Shown here: positions 60,708-64,000 of the stretch, one piece after another
Position numbering within the stretch: position 1 is the stretch's first letter
Layout: each line of letters begins with the position of its first letter
Notes under the pieces: generated by a model
What the model was told of the DNA's origin: nothing
The model's database searches: none
What the model saw: the letters and a program-made list of their open reading frames with translations, nothing else
DNA from: an uncultured Acidobacteriota bacterium
GTDB taxonomy: Bacteria > Acidobacteriota > Thermoanaerobaculia > Multivoradales > UBA5704
Direction: 5' to 3'
Assembly: GCA_963700145.1 (NCBI GenBank)
Contig: OY969474.1
Location: 2,848,001-2,912,000, forward strand
Length of the DNA: 64,000 nucleotides
Program-made: the position numbers and the translations under genes

Positions 60708-61976
60708 CTAGGGAACGAACGCGGCGGGCGGGAGGCGCACCACCTCGAAGAGGGTCGCCACCAGCTCGCCGTGCCGGCCGGCGCGGTGGGGGCTGCGGAA
60801 CTCCCACACCACCGTGCCGGCCGGCGTCACCTCGAACGCCCGCCCGCGCTCCGACTCGGTGATCAGCGTGTTGCCGTTGGCGAGGCGCTGGCAGGAGCCC
60901 GCCTCGGGCGAGGAGAAGCGCGCCGGCGGCTCGCCGTGGAACTCCCAGACGATCTCTCCCGTCGCCAGGTCCAGCTCCAGCACCCGCGAGTGGCCGCGGT
61001 AGCCGCGATTGTCGAAGAGGAGGAGGCGCCCGCCGGGGAGGAGGGTCGGCTGGTGCTGGGCATCCCAGGGACCGCGCCGTGCCCAGACGACCTCGCCGCG
61101 CGCCGGATCGACGAGCGCCACGGTGTCGATCTCACGCAGCGAGACGAGGACGCGCCCGGGCGCGAACGGCGGCGGCGCGCCGGCGGTGTCGCGCAGGACC
61201 TCGACGGTGTTGCTGTGGAAGATGTCGCCGGCCGGCGGCAGCGGCCTCAGGAGCGGCGCGAAGCGCGAGCGGCGGAGGGCGCGGAGGAGCGAGACGCGGC
61301 GCAACGGCCGGCCGTCGGGCTCCAGCTCGACGAGGAAGTCCTCGAGCACCGGCTGCTTCGGGTTCAGCTCCGGGACGAGGCGCGCCTCCTTTGTGAGGCC
61401 CCAGAGGCGGCCGCCGGCGTCCACGTCGAGGTCGTTGTAGAAGCCGGCGTCGTAGGCGCGCAGCAGCCGCGAGCCGCGGTCGAGCCGCACCAGGCCGGCG
61501 CCCTGGTAGAGCGCCAGGAGCGACCCGTCCGGCAGCAGCCTGGCGCGGCGGAAGTAGCCGCTCTGCTCGTCGGCGCGCTTGCCGGGGAAGGCGCGCGCGA
61601 AGGGGTGGCGCCAGCGGTGCAGCGGCCGCCCTTCCATGTCCATGAGGATGGCTTCCGGCGCGTGGCCGGAGACGTAGAGGTTGAGCCCCGGCTCGGCGCG
61701 GGCGCGGTCGTGGAAGACGACGCCGCTGCGGCCGCCGGCGCGGGCGCCTCCCGCCGAGTACGGCAGCGACATGGCGCGCGCGGCCTCTTCGGCGGCGCGG
61801 CGCCCGCCGGCCGCGGTCAGGCCGTCGAGCGCGAGGTGCCAGCGCCCCGGCGGAAAGGTGTCGCCGCGGCGGAGGACGCCGGCGTCGCGCGCGTCCCGCG
61901 CGCGCAGCAGCCAGACGGCGCCCAGCGCGAGCGCCAGGGCGAGCGCGAGGACGGCGAGCCGCCGGCGGAGGGGCAT
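60708..61976 (-). CDS. Arylsulfotransferase-family beta-propeller protein
   Basis: DIFHSNTV, QHQP, LLLFDN, QRLANGNTLITES. Confidence 0.8.
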   Translation of the reverse strand: MPLRRRLAVLALALALALGAVWLLRARDARDAGVLRRGDTFPPGRWHLALDGLTAAGGRRAAEEAARAMSLPYSAGGARAGGRSGVVFHDRARAEPGLNLYVSGHAPEAILMDMEGRPLHRWRHPFARAFPGKRADEQSGYFRRARLLPDGSLLALYQGAGLVRLDRGSRLLRAYDAGFYNDLDVDAGGRLWGLTKEARLVPELNPKQPVLEDFLVELEPDGRPLRRVSLLRALRRSRFAPLLRPLPPAGDIFHSNTVEVLRDTAGAPPPFAPGRVLVSLREIDTVALVDPARGEVVWARRGPWDAQHQPTLLPGGRLLLFDNRGYRGHSRVLELDLATGEIVWEFHGEPPARFSSPEAGSCQRLANGNTLITESERGRAFEVTPAGTVVWEFRSPHRAGRHGELVATLFEVVRLPPAAFVP

Positions 61977-62020
61977 CGGCGCGCACGATACAATGCGCCC
62001 CTCGCCGGAGACCCGCCCCG

Positions 62021-63124
62021 TTGGACGTCCCTTATCTCGATCTCTCCCGCGCCCGCGCCCGCATCGCCGCGGAGCTGGAGACGCGCTGGCGGCGCGTCCT
62101 CGACACCAACGCCTTCATCCTCGGCCCCGAGGTGCGCGAGTTCGAGGAGCGCTTCGCCGCCTTCCTCGAAGTGCCGGCCTGCGCCGCGGTGGCGAACGGC
62201 ACCGACGCGCTGGTCCTGGCGCTGCGGGCGCTCGGCCTCGGGCCCGGCGACGAGGTGCTGGTCCCCGCCTTCAGCTTCTTCGCCACCGCCGAGGCGGTGA
62301 TCCTCCTGGGCGGCCGCCCGGTTTTCTGCGACGTCGAGCCGGCGACGCTGAACCTCGACCCGCGCGACGCCGCGGCGCGGGTGACGCCGCGCACCGTCGG
62401 CGTCATCGGCGTCCACCTCTACGGCCGTCCGTTCGACGTCGCGGCGACCACGGCGCTCTGCGAGCGGCACGGCCTCTGGCTGCTGGAGGACGCGGCGCAG
62501 GCGCAGGGGGCGCGGCTCGACGGCCGGCGCGTCGGCGGGCTCGCGCCGCTCGCCGCCTGGAGCTTCTACCCGACCAAGAACCTGGCCTGCTTCGGCGACG
62601 GCGGCGCGGTCACCGGGCGCGACCGCGAGCTGGTCGAGCGGGTGCGGCGGCTCGCCAACCACGGTCAGACCAGCCGCTACCACCACGTCGAGGTGGGGAC
62701 CAACAGCCGCCTCGACAGCCTGCAGGCCGCGGTGCTCAACTGCCGGCTGCCGCTCCTCGACGCCGACAACGCGCGCCGCCGCGAGCTGGCCTGCCGCTAC
62801 CACGGCGGCCTCGCCGGGGTGGGCGACCTGCGGCTCCTCGAGGACCCGCCGGGCTCGGTCTCGGTCTACCACCAGCTCACCGTCCGCACCGCGCGCCGCG
62901 ACGAGCTGGCGCAGCACCTCTCGGTGCGCGGCGTCGGCAGCTCGGTCCACTACCCCTCGCCGCTCCACCGCCAGCCCGCCCTCGACGGTCTGATCCCCGA
63001 CCCCGGCGAGCTGCCAGTCTCGACCGCCGCGGCGCGCGAGGTGCTCTGCCTGCCGATGTACGCCGAGCTCACCGACCGCGAGCTCGAGCAGGTGTGCGAG
63101 GCGGTGCAGAGCTTCTTCCGCTAA
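62021..63124 (+). CDS. DegT/DnrJ/EryC1/StrS aminotransferase
   Basis: VANGTDAL, EDAAQAQG, SFYPTKNL, NSRLDSLQAA. Confidence 0.93.
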   Translation: MDVPYLDLSRARARIAAELETRWRRVLDTNAFILGPEVREFEERFAAFLEVPACAAVANGTDALVLALRALGLGPGDEVLVPAFSFFATAEAVILLGGRPVFCDVEPATLNLDPRDAAARVTPRTVGVIGVHLYGRPFDVAATTALCERHGLWLLEDAAQAQGARLDGRRVGGLAPLAAWSFYPTKNLACFGDGGAVTGRDRELVERVRRLANHGQTSRYHHVEVGTNSRLDSLQAAVLNCRLPLLDADNARRRELACRYHGGLAGVGDLRLLEDPPGSVSVYHQLTVRTARRDELAQHLSVRGVGSSVHYPSPLHRQPALDGLIPDPGELPVSTAAAREVLCLPMYAELTDRELEQVCEAVQSFFR

Positions 63125-63130
63125 CCTAAG

Positions 63131-64000
63131 TCAGGTCGGTCTCGGCGGAAACTTCCCCACGACGTATTGCTGCACCCGCCGCGTCAGGTCCCGCCAGGGA
63201 TGATCCTGGTGAGCGAGCGCGCCGAGCGCGTCCAAAAGCTGCTTCTCCTTCTTCAAGAGCACGGCGTCGCTCGGCTTCTTGTCGAGCTCGATCTCCACCG
63301 CCAAGTACGGCTCGAGCAGCTTGAGCACACTCTCGAAGTGCGCGACGGCCTGTGCCGCCATGCCCACGTAGTCACAAGCGTCTCCCGCCATCGCGTGCAG
63401 CTTCGCCAGAGCAGACCTTTGATCGGCGGCATGGAACTGACCCTTTGGCTCGGTGGCGACCCGCCAGGTGAACTCGCACACCTGCTCCATCTGTAGCTCC
63501 AGCTCGTCGAGCCGCTTTCGTCGCCACTCGACTAGACCGGAGCGATGAAGCCCGGTGACCGCGATCGTGGCTTTACCGCGATCGCTCACTGCTCCGCCTT
63601 CGAGGAGAGCTTGAACCGATCCGTTGGCAGTGAAGCGCAAGTGAGCGGCGGGATCGACGCCCTGATTGCAGGGGTCGAGCAACAAGGGTGCCTCCCCCGT
63701 CTCCTCTCCACGTTTCTTGGCTCGCTTCGAGGGGTCTCGGAGCGGGAACTTGCAGGCTTTGCCGCCCTTTCCCGGCGTCGTGGAGCCGCCCGGCGCAACC
63801 AGCTCCTGTCGGCGCTCGCGGTTACAGTCGATGCACGACGGCAGCAGGTTCGTCCATTCCAGCTTGAGCCAGCCGTACCCTTTCCGCTTCGTGCCGTCGT
63901 CCTCCAGAACTTCTCCCTTGGGGCGATAGTGCTCCACGTCGGTCGGGCCGACCGCCGTGATTCGGCTCTCGCAGTAGGCGCACTTCGACTTGAACAACCG
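63131..64000 (-). CDS. HNH endonuclease, 5-prime end outside the window
   Basis: CAYCE...DVEHYRPKG...WTNLLPSCIDCN and PLLLDPC. Confidence 0.85.
   Translation of the reverse strand, partial: RLFKSKCAYCESRITAVGPTDVEHYRPKGEVLEDDGTKRKGYGWLKLEWTNLLPSCIDCNRERRQELVAPGGSTTPGKGGKACKFPLRDPSKRAKKRGEETGEAPLLLDPCNQGVDPAAHLRFTANGSVQALLEGGAVSDRGKATIAVTGLHRSGLVEWRRKRLDELELQMEQVCEFTWRVATEPKGQFHAADQRSALAKLHAMAGDACDYVGMAAQAVAHFESVLKLLEPYLAVEIELDKKPSDAVLLKKEKQLLDALGALAHQDHPWRDLTRRVQQYVVGKFPPRPT

Overview
This is a high-GC bacterial chromosomal window; the gene content suggests Acidobacteriota such as Thermoanaerobaculia, which is an inference. Housekeeping genes include glgP, ruvC, yebC, accD, folC, glyA, pccB-like, tldD/tldE-like, ychF and selA. 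There is also a sigma54-controlled type IV pilus locus (pilY1/X/W/V, pilD, two pilins, a sensor kinase and an NtrC-type regulator), several toxin-antitoxin modules and three lower-GC accessory inserts. Six observations stand out. (1) A metal-handling operon ends in a probable selenoprotein: a secreted HMA protein with GMD-U-xx-C, an in-frame TGA and a SECIS-like hairpin. The ORF track splits it in two. (2) Two diverged copies of a ~200-bp palindromic element have covarying stems, and each sits in a strand-specific C-depletion halo. (3) A lower-GC island between folC and glyA carries ComA-like and HEAT-repeat genes plus a PfkB-like/AAA+ gene, which an IS256 interrupts and which can be rebuilt in frame. 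(4) Three unrelated intergenic arrays share a 21-bp period. (5) A relic integron cassette retains an attC site. (6) One gene fuses a pseudo-receiver, a Ser/Thr kinase and a TonB domain. All family calls come from motif recognition by eye; no searches were run.
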